From the NCBI GenBank assembly GCA_047495785.1, contig JBLDXI010000012.1, positions 620,001-684,000 of the forward strand: DNA of 64,000 bases, written 5' to 3'. The stretch comes from Lepidodermella squamata (Eukaryota; Animalia; Gastrotricha). The notes beneath the pieces were generated by a model that did no database searches, was not told the DNA's origin, and saw nothing but the letters and a program-made list of their open reading frames with translations. The translations under genes and the position numbers were made by a program. This document shows positions 49,648 through 63,946 of the stretch, in pieces (position 1 is the stretch's first letter; each line of letters starts with the position of its first letter).

Positions 49648-50970
49648 GAGCAATAGCTGCTCCGAGCTACGTTTATGTCGAACCAGCTAATCGAGTCTAA
49701 ATCGGACAAGGGAAAATCAATCGAATGAAATAACGAATTCAGATTATTTGTAAAATATTTCTCGTGGAAAATCTTGCAAAATAGCTTCTGCCTTTTCAGT
49801 TTTGATGGAAGCTAAATAACTTTTTAAGCAAGTAAGAACCAAAATCACGTTGAAAGTTCAATTAATTTGATCATCACTAATCACTATAATACTGTGGACC
49901 GTTGTAGTCTCAAACCTGCTAGCTGCTAGCTATTTTGAAAATGAAAGCTATTTTATATCGACTGGTTGAAAATGGCGAATTTGTGGATTGTTGTCTTTAC
50001 ATCGTCCCTTCACTCATGTGCTACATATCATCTCAAACGACCTCTAACTGCTGACATTTATTGACAACTGCAATTTATTCGGGGCTGTTATTTGTTCGGA
50101 ATAACAGATTCCGTACGTCCGATGGAATGGGTTTGAGTATTAGCAGTATTTTAGCCAACATAAATTCGCATCATGCGTGATTGGCGAAAATCATTGATGA
50201 ACAAAGTGAAGAGAAGAGGACTTAAAACGTTTCACTGAGCAACATCGGAGGTGAGATCTTTGAATGATTATTATTTACAACGAATCATCGACCGCGTTCA
50301 TGTAAAAGGCTAGCAATCCAGCGCAATACTTAGGGGCCTGAACTATTGCAAGGACGAAGTTTATCTATCAGTTTGATACGCTAAACAGAGCTAAACCTAT
50401 TCCAGATCAAAATAATTGCGTTACCTGTTACCTGTCAGCCAACGTGTGCAAAAAAACGTAGGGAGACAGGGTAACTTAGGTTACAGGTTAAACGTTTTAA
50501 TGACCCCGAAAACAGTCGTGAAGGCGCTGAAGGGGGTGCGCGCAGAGCAGACCCGCAAAAAGTTCACAGCTTGTTGCCGATTTCCAGATCACGTGACCAA
50601 CAGACCGCAGAAATTTAGCCTTTTTATTTTTTCACATTTAAAATAATTTATGAAAAAATAAGTTTTAAAACTTAAAGTTGTCATAATTTTTATAAAAATA
50701 AAAACTGGAAATTCAAAAATTTCCCGCTATGTTTTTTTAGTAGCCGCGGCGGGGTGTGTTTCGTAAAGTTGCTTCAAGGACTGCCTGAAACTAGGCCTGA
50801 CTGACTGCTTGAACTATTCTCTACATCAGCTGTTGAGTGTTGAGTATTGGTTTTCTGACATTGTATTTAATATTAGTTTTGAATGGCTAGAAATATGGAC
50901 AAATCTGTGGGCTCAAAAAGGCAGCCGGCTGCACTACCGATCGGATCCTATTATTAAAGGTTACTAAAAA

Positions 50971-51154
50971 CAGTGTGGTCCAAGCTCACAAATTTTGGAT
51001 TCAGCAGCCGGAGCCCGGAGCCCAAAATGGTCACCGGAGTCCGCAACGCGTTTTTAGTGTAATCGTTAGTGTAACAGACCCCCCAAAAAACCAAAAATCA
51101 CCCCCTGTAAAACGTCCAGAAGAGCCCAAAAGGCTCCGCAATTGGACCACATTG
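50971..51154. mobile_element. Small MITE, hAT-like
   Basis: 13-bp TIR CAGTGTGGTCCAA / TTGGACCACATTG (1 mismatch), flanking direct repeat CTAAAAA (50964-50970 and 51155-51161), internal GGAGCC/GGCTCC motifs. Confidence 0.6.
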
Positions 51155-54100
51155 CTAAAAATATCCGGCCTGACAGGACCCGGTGTTGCCGGAGTGAAGA
51201 TGTAGTTACAATCAGTTTCAAGTTAGGCGACTGGAATAACGAAGGGGACATTGTCATTGTCGAGATCGAAGAATAACTCGTATTATTTTCATCATTGCTT
51301 TCGCCGAACTGCTTCACTCGCTGTTTATCTTTATTCTGCAATGCTAAACTGTCAACGTGCTGACGGCATTGTTTAAAATGAGCTGGAAGTGCGTTGCTGG
51401 ACGTAAATTGTCATGCATCTCTGTACAAGCTGTTTGCTTTCCATCCGAATTTTCATCAGGGCTGCTAATCTGCTAACGATGCACCTGTTTGCATTTTGTA
51501 AATTGCTAATGGTTAGTCTGATCGATATTTAGCTGTCAGTAACATGTATGCGAGTGATAGTTAGACCGTTTGCTTGTCACAGTTTCGAAGCTAGAAAGTT
51601 AAGACTTTCTATTTCTTGAGCATTTGAAGTTGAAAGTGGGCTTTCGGCTTGTGGCTGTTTACCCCAGGCTTTTATCCTGTCTCAGAAAACATTGCTTGTA
51701 ACTTCTGGGATGTCTACAGTCGTTAATACGCGCTGGAAAATGCTGAAAATATGCTGCTATTATGTGGAAATATTTCGATTGTAGCTCCATAATTTCCGCG
51801 CTTTTCGTCATAGGATCACTGCCTTGTGATTCTCAGTTCCTTGCGGGGAGCTATGCATCACATGACGCGCAATCCAAGAAAAGTTATTACATTTTTTCAA
51901 GTGGTCAAATAAAAAGGTGGTGTGTACAATAATGAAAAGGCACCGGCTGGTAGTTATTTGCAATTTGGTACCTTCTCTTGGATTGTATCAATTATACTAC
52001 GACATCCGCGCTTCTTTTACGCCTCTTCGATGTATTTTGATGATAATAAGCTTTTTTGTAATTTGTAGAGCGCTTCTTGCGGATTCAGGCGTTTCGACTC
52101 TCTTCCCAGCGACTGGGCGTCTGTACCCTTTCGTATGCTGAGGAAGGCGAAGGCGAAGGCAAACCAAAAATTAAGTTACCCGCCCCCACATCCGAAAACG
52201 CTAATCCGAGAATCATGTTCAACGAATTTGTCATTATGATGTTTTTCTGTGAACTAAAACACTTACTACTATTAACTACGCATTAAGGTAAATTTTAGTC
52301 AATTTTAGTGCACTCAATAAATAAACTAGTGTACTTAAGTGCATCGAAAGCTGAGCTAATTTAACTGGCCACAGGTTCAAGTTATCAATGAAAATTGCGC
52401 CAGCACTCAATTATAACTTCAAAACTGGACAAAACTGTTTGGGCGCTATTTCATCAATTACGATTGGCTTTTGACGCCTTGATCTCCATATTTCTTTGTT
52501 AAAATCCCTTGAATTTTTCTGCCGTTCGCTAGAGCCAAAGAGTTTGATGTGATATGTGATAGCATTCTACCGCGGTTAAAGTAAGTATAGAATGGAGGCG
52601 TTAAAACTGACACAAAATTCGCATGTAACCGGCATCATGAATTCATCTGATTATCTGATTCATAATGATAATTTTCCTCAGCCTCTATTACAGTCGCCTA
52701 GAATACACCTATGTATACATAAGTAATAATAAGTAATGGTACTTCATGCGTGACCACTGACTTTTGTCTTTATACCACACGCAAAGTCACGGTAATTGAG
52801 AGTAACGTTAGTCTTAAATGACTATGCGTTCTCTAATTTATATGTCATCATAGATTTTCCATGTATTTCCTATTGCCCGCAGCGCTGTGGTGTCTTTACA
52901 CTGACTGCTAATACGCTCGGCAAACGTGCGACACGACCTCCGCAGTTTGCCGTTGTTATATCAGTCTAGCGGCTGAGGTGTGTATTTACCATTACTGGCT
53001 CCTCGGTGCGTTAAAAAGCTGTAGTGGAGGTGGTGCGATGGGCACACACATGGGGGCTTGTCTCCTACCCCATCCTATGTTTATTTACCGGATCGGTTCG
53101 TTAACAATGCCGCTATTCGCCGTATTATTGTGGCATAAAGATTTAGTTCCTTAGCATACCTCTGCAATGTGTGTCTTCCTATCTCTACAGGGCGTTTCTG
53201 TTCTGCCGAGTGCTTTTGTAGCTATGGCTTCCTGAGTTCCCTTCACTATTATTCGCCTCAAGTGCCTAGGCTCGTACTCTGAATGGCAACTGCGGCAACT
53301 TTCTTTCCGCCGATTCATCACTTGCTGTCATTGTAGTAGACATTCTACAAATAAGCCGGTGATGAAATAACCTAATAACCAAAAACATTGACCAGCATAC
53401 TTTCTGCTCCGCCGACCGCCCTTTCATCTTCAGCTGTTTGACTACACCAATTGCTTTTAGGATCATTTGTTGCAGTTACCAGCCGCTGTTGCGAACGCGC
53501 CTCTGTCCTAGCCTCGTTCGTCACGGTATTTTTACGTTTCACCGCTTGCGATAACATTTTTCAAGTAGCGCGCCATGTATCAAGTCCGAGAAGCTTTTCC
53601 AGCACAGCGAATCGTAGAAATTTCTTTAAGCTCTCACATATTCTTCTCTAACATTGTGTTGATGTTATTTTACGCTCACAGTCCAGCTAATGCTCAAAAG
53701 CGGGCTCGCGTAACCAACTTACGAACAATAATAATGCTTTTCTCCTTTTGTGAGTAGTAATGTTTTTGCTGGCTCCGATTAGTAGGAACAGCTCATTTAT
53801 TTACCCGGCTATTGTGGGTCTTTTCATTCAAATTTGGCTTCCAAATATTTCATTCATTTGCAGGTAGAAAAAATTCGCGTAAATAGTACGTATTGCTAAA
53901 TTTGTCTCAAAATGTGGCCACTTCTTCTTCGTATGAGATGAGTAGGCGCACGTTTCCTTCTAGTCATAGGACACGTGACGCACGTCCGCTGAAAGAAACA
54001 AATTTAAAACGTTGTCGAATTGTTGTTTTCATCATATGCAGAATGTTTGCCACGGCATCTTCTGTTTTCATATCTGCCGCTGTTTACCTGATATTATACC

Positions 54101-54238
54101 GAATTTTATTTAGGAAGCATTGTTTACCAGTTATTTACATATAGACATTATCGTGAAATAGGCCGATTTGAGTCACCATTTCCCGGGATGACTCTCAAAC
54201 CTCGCAATATTCAGCCGTGAATTTCGAGAAGCTAAAAA

Positions 54239-57023
54239 ATGTCTCGATCGTCGTCGATTTCCGTTGCGCCGAATTTGAGCGGCCATGGGCACCACACGCG
54301 CCCTCGCAGTTCGGCCTATTCCCAGTCCAGCGTTACGACGTTGTCTGCCGGGCCGTCTGCAAGCGAGTCCTACTACTCGCCAACCTCTTACATCTCCTCC
54401 GCGCTATCTCCAGAGTCCGGGACCGAATTTACAAAGCTGCCGATCACTAAGGCGCTTCTACAAATGGTGGCAGACAATCCGAATCTCAATTCTAAAGCGT
54501 GTGTGATCTTCTGGTCTGTTCTCCACTTCATGGGCGAAATTCAGTCCACGCAGCGTTTCACCTACATTGAGCTCACCGATGAGATATTCGGACCTCCACT
54601 TGTTCTCAAATTGCACTTGCTGAAAGACGAAATCTATCTCCAGCTGATGAAGCAATTAACACGGAACCCGGACAAGTTTGTCGAAATCAATCAATCTTAG
54701 TCATAATGTTCTAATGTATTTTCTTCGTTTCAGCCGGAGTAAGGAGCGTGCCTGGCAGTTGATGTGGTTGGCTACCGGTCTGTTTGTGCCAACTATGGAC
54801 ATCATGCGCTCGCAATTGCTGCACTTTCTTGAGCATCATCGCCATCCTTACAGCCTCGAATCTATGCGTCGATATCGAAAAACGCTGCAGTAAGTTGTTT
54901 TCATTGATAAATTCTGCTCACTTTAATATTTTAATAATATTTTAGGGTCGGAGAACGCAAGCTTCCAGCCCACCTGATTGAAGTTGAAGCTATTCTCAAT
55001 CGAACTTCGATGATTTTTCACAAATTCTACTTTCCTGATAGTTCGGACATAGTAAGTCAAAAAATTTATGAAGCACAGTTTTTGAATATATGAATTTTCT
55101 ACAACTTTCTAGCTTATCGAAGTAGATTCGACAACAACTGTTGCTGATATTATTTCAGCGATAGTTTCTCGTTTGCAAATTAAGGACGATTTTGGCTTTG
55201 CTCTGTTTATTGAATATGAGAATCGGGCAACTTCAATGCCTGAAAATGAATTCTTCTTCGACGTTCTACGCCAGCAGCAGGCGATTTGGGTTCAAAACTT
55301 CTTGCAGGACCACAAGAATGTTGAATACGGCCCGCCTTATTTCCAATACGCTGTCTACTTTTTGAAAAAGATCTGGCTTAAAACAGTGCCAGGCGATGAC
55401 CCAGCTGCTGATCAAATTTGTCACTACAACCAGGAGTGTAGTAAATATTTAGATGGCTACCACAAGTGCACGGTTGACGAGGCGGCTTGGTTGGGAGCGC
55501 TGATATTTGCGGCGGAAAACAACGATGAATCAAAATTGTCTTTGATCTCGCAAATGCTGAAATCTCTCATTCCTCAGCACATGATCAGTTTAGAATCGGA
55601 AGGATCTTGGGCCAAACGCATCGCCGAGTACTACCGCTGGCACGGTCGAATGACGCCGGAAGCCGCCAAGACGAAATTCCTACTGTACGTCTACAAATGG
55701 CCGACTTTTGGCTCGGCGTTTTTCAACGTTTGGCAAACTGGTGAATCGATCCTTCCGAGTGAGCTCATCATCGGCATTAACAAAAACGGCGTAATGCTCA
55801 TCAGCGCCGATAGCAAAGATCTTATCGCATTGCAACCGTTCTCAAAAATCACATCTTGGAACTTTACCGCTACCGAATTCGAAATTTTAATGACCGATGG
55901 ACGGCAAAATGTTGAGAAAAAATTCACGTGTCTCACGAAAATGGGCTATAAAATGGATGACCTATTGCGCGTCTACATGGAACTACAGGCTCAGAACATG
56001 TTACCCGCCCCTCCGCAACCGATGAGTAATGCAGGTAGCCGTATGTCCGAAAATCGTGTTGATGAGCCGTATGGCTCCAGCGAAGATCTTAGCGGTGAGA
56101 ATTCGAACTGGCGGCGGAACGGTGGTCATACTAACCAAAGACGGCGCAGAAGGATTCGTAAGTTTTTCTCTTTCCATGTGATTTTCAAGCTAGCGGGTAT
56201 ATTTTAGACAACACTTATCGCGCTGCCGGAGGTGGCGCTACACTTCGCCCGGCCCTCGATATCAACAATAATAACAGCGACAGTGGTAATAATAATAATC
56301 GGGGACATCGAGGCCGCTTATTGATTGAGAGGACGGGTGAAGATAATGCGCGTGGTGGAGGCGGTGGCGGCGGTGGAAATAACGGCTATGCAACGAATGA
56401 AAGCGACTTTGAAGAGCGCATTTATGACTACGACGGCGTAGCTCGAATCAGGCCTTACAACAACTCGAATGGCGGCGGTTCACGGGCTCATCGACACGGC
56501 AACGGGCACAGTCATCACCACAGCCACGGACATCGTCATCGACATGGTCATCGAAGCAGCCCTCGCGGCGACGCTGGTGATCCGGTTGTACAGGTTCACC
56601 AATCTGGAGCGATGTATGATGGCGGGGCTGGTCAAAAGTGAGCTATTTAAAAAATCCACAATTATCGTTTTCACGGTTTGATTTTCTTATTATAGCCAAA
56701 GATTTATTCATCATTTTGACACTGTGCGTCCGTTCGCTGATAACGGTGATCAAGAATCTGTTAGCGGCAGCTCCGTGTCTACGGTTAGCACCGTCAATAC
56801 GGCGAATAACATGGGAGGCGATCGGCAGATAACACCCCCTGAGGTGCCGCCGCGTCCTCGAAGCAGCCGCAACGATCAATATTCACAGAATAATCGGCAC
56901 CAAGGTCATCATCACCATCATCGTCATCATCGTCACGATAACACAATGCCTAGCAATGGCCATTGGATGGGAAATCCGGAGCATCGGCACCGATCTTACC
57001 ACGAGGGCGGTGCTCGAGAGTAG
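54239..57023 (+). CDS. Stand-alone MyTH4-FERM protein related to the myosin VII distal tail, about 833 aa, with a Gly/His/Arg-rich C-terminal extension. Exons 54239-54675, 54734-54889, 54946-55051, 55113-56157, 56208-56637, 56696-57023
   Basis: [76 protein letters not shown] and GYKMDDLL match myosin VII MyTH4-FERM2. Exons total 2502 nt in frame. In-frame TAA at 54233-54235 precedes the ATG. Confidence 0.85.
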
Positions 57024-59514
57024 CAGTGATTGGTTTCTGTTAAATTTTGTTTTCCGTAATTTCGAGTTGTGTACCTAACCATCCAAGTGGGGTAATAAGC
57101 TGTCTTTCATTGTAATAATCCGACGAAAACTAACAATTTCTCCTTCTTAAAGGCGTTATCAACGAAGAGAAACCGACTTTTGTTCGAGCTAATTGTCCAA
57201 CTTTATTATTTTTCGGATGCATTTGTTGTTAAGTTAAGCTAAGCTCTGGAATTATTTGTCACGTTTGAAGTAAGCCTGTTATGACGTTCATTTCCAATTT
57301 TTTAATAACTCAACTTCGATCGCGAACCACGCACCGTTTTCCTACACTTTGGTTTCCTTTTGTATGGATACTCACATCTGTGTTACATATTCACTTATTG
57401 AAATTTCGAAAATGCTTCATTGCTCGACATAAGAGGTTTTAAATAGTAATATTCATTCTACAATTTACTTTTCGTTCGAGACGTTTCCAAACTGCGGTCG
57501 ATGATCTGCGCTTTTCTGCTATAATAAAATGACGCGAAGAATTTGAAAAAACGTAAATTTTGTAACACCGATCTGTATCCACACTGAAAGTTCTGCCAAG
57601 TTGTCTCATTCACATATCTCAAGTAAAGGTGATTCAAACATAATAATGAAATTATAATTTTACATGGGTTCGACAAAGCAGCACTGTCCAGCGACACAGG
57701 GCAACCATTGTTAAATATGGCACCATTTGAGAGCTCCCAATGAATCGGTAAGGTTTGCAGAAAAAGAACCGCAGAAAATCGTTAGCAGTTACCCTGGTTG
57801 TTAACAAGGTTAAAAAGGTTGTTGACAGAATAATTACCTAGTAAGATGAATTTGTTCGTTAGTTTAACGTTAGCACTTACAACGTGTTCTATAAGTCGTT
57901 CAACGTTAGTTGAGATGGTTGATGCAGTTCATGTATTTTTTCAAGTGGCAGTTACCAAGAACATTTGCAATATTTCACCGAATAAAAGAAAATGTTCGCT
58001 AAGATGTTCGACCCGAAAAATCTGATAGCCAAGGGATATCAGTGCTTGTCAGTAATTTCATTCAATACGCGGTGCCTTAATTAATATCACTGTTTCTTCT
58101 GTGGCGTTACTTAGGAAAATGTACGGCCTAGCGGAGATGCCCGGTGCATAGCCGAGTGTTTGAAACCAGCAAGGGTTGCGACCAAGACTTAAAGAGGCTA
58201 CCAAGACTTAGGTATTGAATAAAGCTCGCGAAGGCAAGCTTTGAAAGTACTTGACCAAAGATATTGCAAGAAACGTTAAACGCATCACCTGTCTTGATTA
58301 TTATTTCTCCAAGCTTCTGCAGGGAACTAGGACACTTGTATTAGGAAAGCAAGCGGGGTGGTACTGATACTAGTTTTATTGAATTTCGTCTTTCATTATT
58401 TAGCTTTTGGTGTGGGAAACAGATCATAAAGGCTGCCACGCAAACTGTTATGGCAGTGAGAAATGGGCTACGCAGACCTCGAGCGCGGCTGTTTTGGTGG
58501 ACAAATCGGCCGGCCGTCCAGCTCGGTGAGCGCGACTCATGAAGGCGGAAAATTTGAGTTTCTGTTGAAGTCTTGATCATCGGAATTTCACAGAGAAGGA
58601 GCATATAAAACTTTTTTTCTCTTTTGAGTCCAGACGTTTCGATGATCTTTATTGCAAATCAATAACATCGACAATCGAGGATAAAGGTGGAGCAATTACA
58701 AATATAGTTTTTCTACTGTTTTCATAATTTGCGATCTAGCTTCCCTTTCCATTCTAGTTTTCATATCCTTCTTGCTTAACGAAAGACAGCACATCCATCT
58801 ACGAAGCGCATCTTCTTTCCAATTGTCACTTTGAATTGAGTTTCGTTGCCTCAAACTATGGTTTCATGCCTTTCCTACAAATCCTGGCCTGCTTTTCTAC
58901 AAAACGAACGTCACCCGGCAGTTTGATCAAGAGAAACACTTGCCATCGGGCCATTGTCTATTGTCCAAGTATCTTCAATGGCACTGTGCCTAGCGACTAC
59001 ATTGGCAATAAAGCTTCTGGTGGCCCCTGATCCTTCAAAGACATAAGAATGATTGAAAAACCACGGTCCCTGATTCTCCCAAGAATTACTGTCAAGAAAT
59101 GCCAACGAGCAACGTGGAAACTTGAGATTATCACAAAGATTATCGTTCGTTGAATAAAGAATTACCGCGAGATATCAGCGGCTGACTAGACATGAACCAA
59201 GAGATCAAGAGCCAAGAGCCAAGATGGAACTTCGAAAATCCAGCCGCTAAGAAATCGCATGCAGCAAGTAATACAAAAAGTATTATAAATAATAATTATT
59301 TTGTTTAGAATATTTTATGTTATCATTTAATTTTTTGTTTTCTCAAAAAATATATTTTGTTGATATACGGTGCAAGATCAACTTGCAGCCTTTGTTGGAG
59401 CTTCAGGATTTCTGGCTTGGAGTTAGTTACAGACTACCATCGAGCGAAAGTGACACACTAACACCTACGGGCGAACATCATTACACGGCCAGAACATCTT
59501 GAAGGGCCAGCAGA

Positions 59515-60941
59515 ATGTCAGCGGAACCAACAGCAACAGAGAAGACTGTCGTCAGTAAGTTAATGACTCAAATTTCATGGAAGTTTCATTCGATCCTCTG
59601 CTCAATTTTCTTTAGAAGCCAAAGTCAACGGCACCGTCAAATGGTTTAACGTGCGTGCTGGATACGGCTTTATTACCAGGTGATTATGCGTTATTTGTGT
59701 TTGCAATCTTTCATTCCTATTTTCTCACTAGATCCGACACTAATGAGGATATTTTTGTTCATCGAGTAAGTGATGCCTTCTGTACGCAATATCATAAGTT
59801 TTCATTGCTTCTTTCTTAGACTGCCATCTTGAAAAATAATCCATCCAAAGCCGTCCGAAGCGTCGGTGATGAAGAGGTTGTGGAATTCGACGTCGTTCAA
59901 GGCGAGAAGGGCCTCGAAGCTGCGAATGTGACGGGGCCCGAAGGCGGTCCTGTCAAGGGCAGTGAATACGCTCCTGCTCGTGGACGTGGTCGTTTCCGCG
60001 GCTATCGTGGTGGAAGGGGACGCGGCGGCTATCGCCGTGGTCGCTCGGCTGGCAAGGTAATTAATTGTTATTCCTAAAGGTCGCCTATCACCTAATAGAA
60101 TTGCTGTAATGTTATCTCAACGTACATCTAAATTCATCTTCAATTTAAAAATCGCGAATGCTATTTATAGGCATATTGAGGCCTAGCGACCAGTCCCGAG
60201 GGATCAGCGCGAATTAGCCCATTTGTTTTTTTTTGACGTGTCCTTGATGTTAATGATATTCTGTTCACTTATTTGCTACAGGGAGACGAAAACGGCGAAG
60301 GCGAAGGGGAAGGTGATGACGACGGCGGTTCCGGCGAAGAAGCTGCACCTGCTCCTCGATCCGCTCCTGCTGGTGGCCGTGGAGGATTCCGCGGAGGCCG
60401 AGGAAGGGGAGGATTCCGCGGCAGAGGGGGACAAGGTCGCGGAAGGGGACGCGGCGGCCGTGGCGGATCCAACGGTAACGGAAAGGACATTGGCGAAGAT
60501 GAAGTACCGCGCGGAAGAGGCGGAAATTCACAGGGTGATGAAGAATTTGAAGGTCAAGGTGGTGACCAAGGCGGCGATCGCCCAAGGACTGGCGGCCGAG
60601 GTGGCCCACGTGGAGGCCGCGGTGGTAACGGTGGTAATGGCGGCGGTCGCGGTGGTAACTACGGCGGCGGCGGCAGGTGTGTTCTCTAGCTACTTTTTAT
60701 ATTGAAATTGACAACTAAATTAATATCCGAGGTGAAATGGGCCTTGATCGATGTGATGATCAACATCAAGGTTGATACCAATGGCTTGTGATAACTATTT
60801 TTCTATTACAGGCGCCCATATGTTTTCCGTCGTGGGGGACGCGGACGCGGAGGCCGACGTGGCGGAGGAAACGGTGACAATAACCATAATGGAGTCGAAT
60901 CTGGAGGCGATGACGCCGCCGGAGGCACCTCGACCGTTTAA
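59515..60941 (+). CDS. YBX: Y-box (cold-shock domain) RNA-binding protein with RGG/acidic tail, 6 exons
   Basis: [23 protein letters not shown] and [39 protein letters not shown], followed by alternating RGG and acidic blocks. Confidence 0.93.
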
Positions 60942-62784
60942 GTCGCACTTTCCACTAGCCAGGGTCGAGCGGAGCAAAGGAAGGGTCTACGCGTTTCTGA
61001 GTTATTAGATCAACCGCCTGAACATTATTGCGCTAATCTAGACCTTATAGAGTTTCATCACCTTTTGATTCATCTTGTCTTCTCTGTTGGTTAAAAATAT
61101 CTGATTTTGATTGGAATTTTGAGTGGTTTGATTATCATCATGATTTCTCTTGAGCTTTGTTAACATGTATTGGTGAACCACTTTGGCCATCTATGCCAAT
61201 CAATCGTTGTTAAAGTTATGCGTTGGTGTATTCCGCAGCTGCTAAGCGAACTGATAACATCAGTCATTGTCAATGTGCTTTTTTGCAATAGGCCCTAGGT
61301 AGAGCGCACGCGTAACAACAAGAAAAAGAACATCTCTGTGTCTCATTCATCTATATACGTCATCTATATAGCATTGCGCTTTGAAAGATCACTTTAATTG
61401 CGAAAAAGCTTGTAATGTTTGAACTGTAGCGTGGTATCATCCTTTCAAACTTACTGCTTTAAAAATTTCACGTCATCCATTCACGCTACTCGATACCAAC
61501 TGTTAGATTCAATTACTGTGTTGTAGTAATGCTTCACTCTGTCACAATGCAATATCGAATATCGAATAGGCAGGTGAAGCGTGGTGCTTCACGATATCAA
61601 AAGTCAACAATTCGATGCATGAACCTAACATCATGCTCCTTCATGTGTTACGAATAAGTCTAATATTAGGAGCAGATATATCTACATATTATTCTACTGC
61701 AGCCAACACTTCTGCTGATACCGAATATATTTTTTTATGTTCGGGCGATTATATAGAGTTGTATACAGCGCTGCCTTTCTTTTCTACGATTTCAACAGTT
61801 AGGATTAGTCCGTATTGTGATCCAACGAATGGTTTGTATAGAGCCTCTCTGTATAAATCAGGCGTTGTTAAACTCAGTCATTCTTACTAATTGCTTCATA
61901 TCTTTTGAAACGAATTTGATTTAGTTGTAACCGTTGTTTTTCTCATCATCCGACTTTGCATCAACAAAAGTAACCTGATCTTCCTACTGTAACGACGATA
62001 GCTGTCACCTACGAATCACACTATTAACTGAATGCACTGCTCTATAGGCTGTTGTGTGACAACTTGCAAGATCATTCTTCTTATGCTGTCTTCATCTTTT
62101 TCTTGTTGTCACTCTGCTAGGCTACGAGTATTATTCTGCTCGGCTTTTTACTCGAATATTATCACCAACACTAATTATTTCGTTTATACTAACTACCTGC
62201 CCTGGTCATATCGTCTCTCTATTCAGCCTTTTGGAATCGATCAAGTGTGATTTTTGTTCTTGTTTGTAATAAGTACTTTAGCACCACGTTTTAAGGTGGG
62301 CTCGCACTTCGATGATGATGATTTGATTCGATTATTGTCTGATCTGCATGACTGACATTCATTTATCCACTACCCTACCCTGCTTTGTTTTCGTGAAAAC
62401 TTGGCTGAGGTTTGAGGACGGTTTCCTGTTGCTCCGCGTGGTCCTGTTGGCGATTACTTATTTGAGTTTGATATAGCTCCGCCTCTTATTAGATGCTACA
62501 TAAACCAATTATTGTATGATTGTGTCAGTATGTTATTCCACTCATATATGAACACCAATATATGATAAAATGAATACTATATAAAAAGAATATATACAAC
62601 AACATCAACTGTTCGTTTTAGTATTTCTCGTGTCTTGTTCTATTTAGCGCCATGTAATAAAATTAAAAATTAATCCTCTTGCAACGCTTTTTTAATCCGT
62701 TATATTTGCACCCAATGACAGAACGTGTTTTGCCTTTGCTATTTAGTACCCATACTAAAACAGTTGATCAAAGCATTAACACAA

Positions 62785-63607
62785 ATGGAGACCGATCAAT
62801 ACCAGGTCGTGGTTCTTCGTGAAGGCTTCTCCTCGATGGATGAACGAGGTAAGTCTCTTGAAGAAATCGATCTGTCAAAATGCTTATGAAATTGTATTCA
62901 GGCCGATGCAAAGCAAACGGCACAATGACGTTGATTCGAGGCAGAGGGCGCAACATAATCGTTGATACCGGCAGTCCTACTGATAGAGATATTCTTCTGC
63001 AAGGTTGGCTGCAATAATGCCGCAAATGAGGTTTCAAAATAACGTCATTTTTGTTAGCTTTGGCTAATCACAGCCTCACTCCGGACGATATTACCTACTG
63101 CATTACCACGCACGGCCATCCTGATCACTGTGGTAACATCAATCTGTTTACCAATGCGCAACATGTCTTTGGATATCACGTTTTTCGTGGAGAAATTTAC
63201 GTGGCTCATGATTTCATTGAGGTATTGCCCAAAAATGACATGAAATTAATTAAAGAAATGATAAATCAATCTGTTAGGGTATTCCCTATGAAATCGACAA
63301 TGACGACTTGTATGTGATTGCCACTCCGGGCCACTGCCTAGACGACGTCTCTGTCATTGTGAGGAACACACCCGATGGAACAGTCTGTGTCGCTGGCGAC
63401 CTTTTCGAACGTGAGGAAGATATTGTAGTGTCTCCCGAGCTGTGGCGTCGCAATTCGGGAAATGCTGAAATGCAAGCATTGAGCCGAGCTCGAATTCTTT
63501 CCCTTGCCGATGTGATCATTCCGGGCCATGGGCCGGCTTTTTATGTCAGAGACGAGCACCGAAAAATCGCCGAGTCTGACACTATTGCAGAAGAATGTTC
63601 GCCTTGA
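62785..63607 (+). CDS. MBLAC1: Metallo-beta-lactamase domain-containing protein 1, 4 exons
   Basis: IIVDTG, THGHPDHCGNINLF, TPGHCLDDVSV, VAGDLFEREED and ADVIIPGHGPAF. Confidence 0.9.
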
Positions 63608-63946
63608 GTCAATCTAACAACAACTTCCAAAAAAAACTTGAAGACATAAAATTCAAAAATGTGCTGCAGCAACTTAAATAAGCGTTGTTAAAAAATTGCG
63701 TTATTTAAAAATTGCTGCTGACATGATTGTAGAGCGCCTGGTGACGGTGGTTTTACGGCTCAATTTGTCAACTTGAAACCATGTCAGCTCTAAGCTTTTT
63801 TCAATTTCTTTTCCTCATTTTCATCGCAGAGAACCGTTGGTGATATATGTAAAGTTGAGTTCTCTAGTCTCCAGGAACCCAAGATTAATAGATTTCATTT
63901 TTTGATCCTACGTATTTTTTTATTTGATTTAGAATTTATCAATAAA

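Noticed and set aside
57100-59400. Short direct and inverted repeats (accaagactta x2, caagagc tandem, cagggcaac/gttaccctg)
   Set aside because: Too short and no TSD; compatible with chance.
60942-62670. 1.7-kb ORF-poor stretch after the Y-box gene
   Set aside because: Best explained as a long 3'UTR ending near AATAAA at about 62656.
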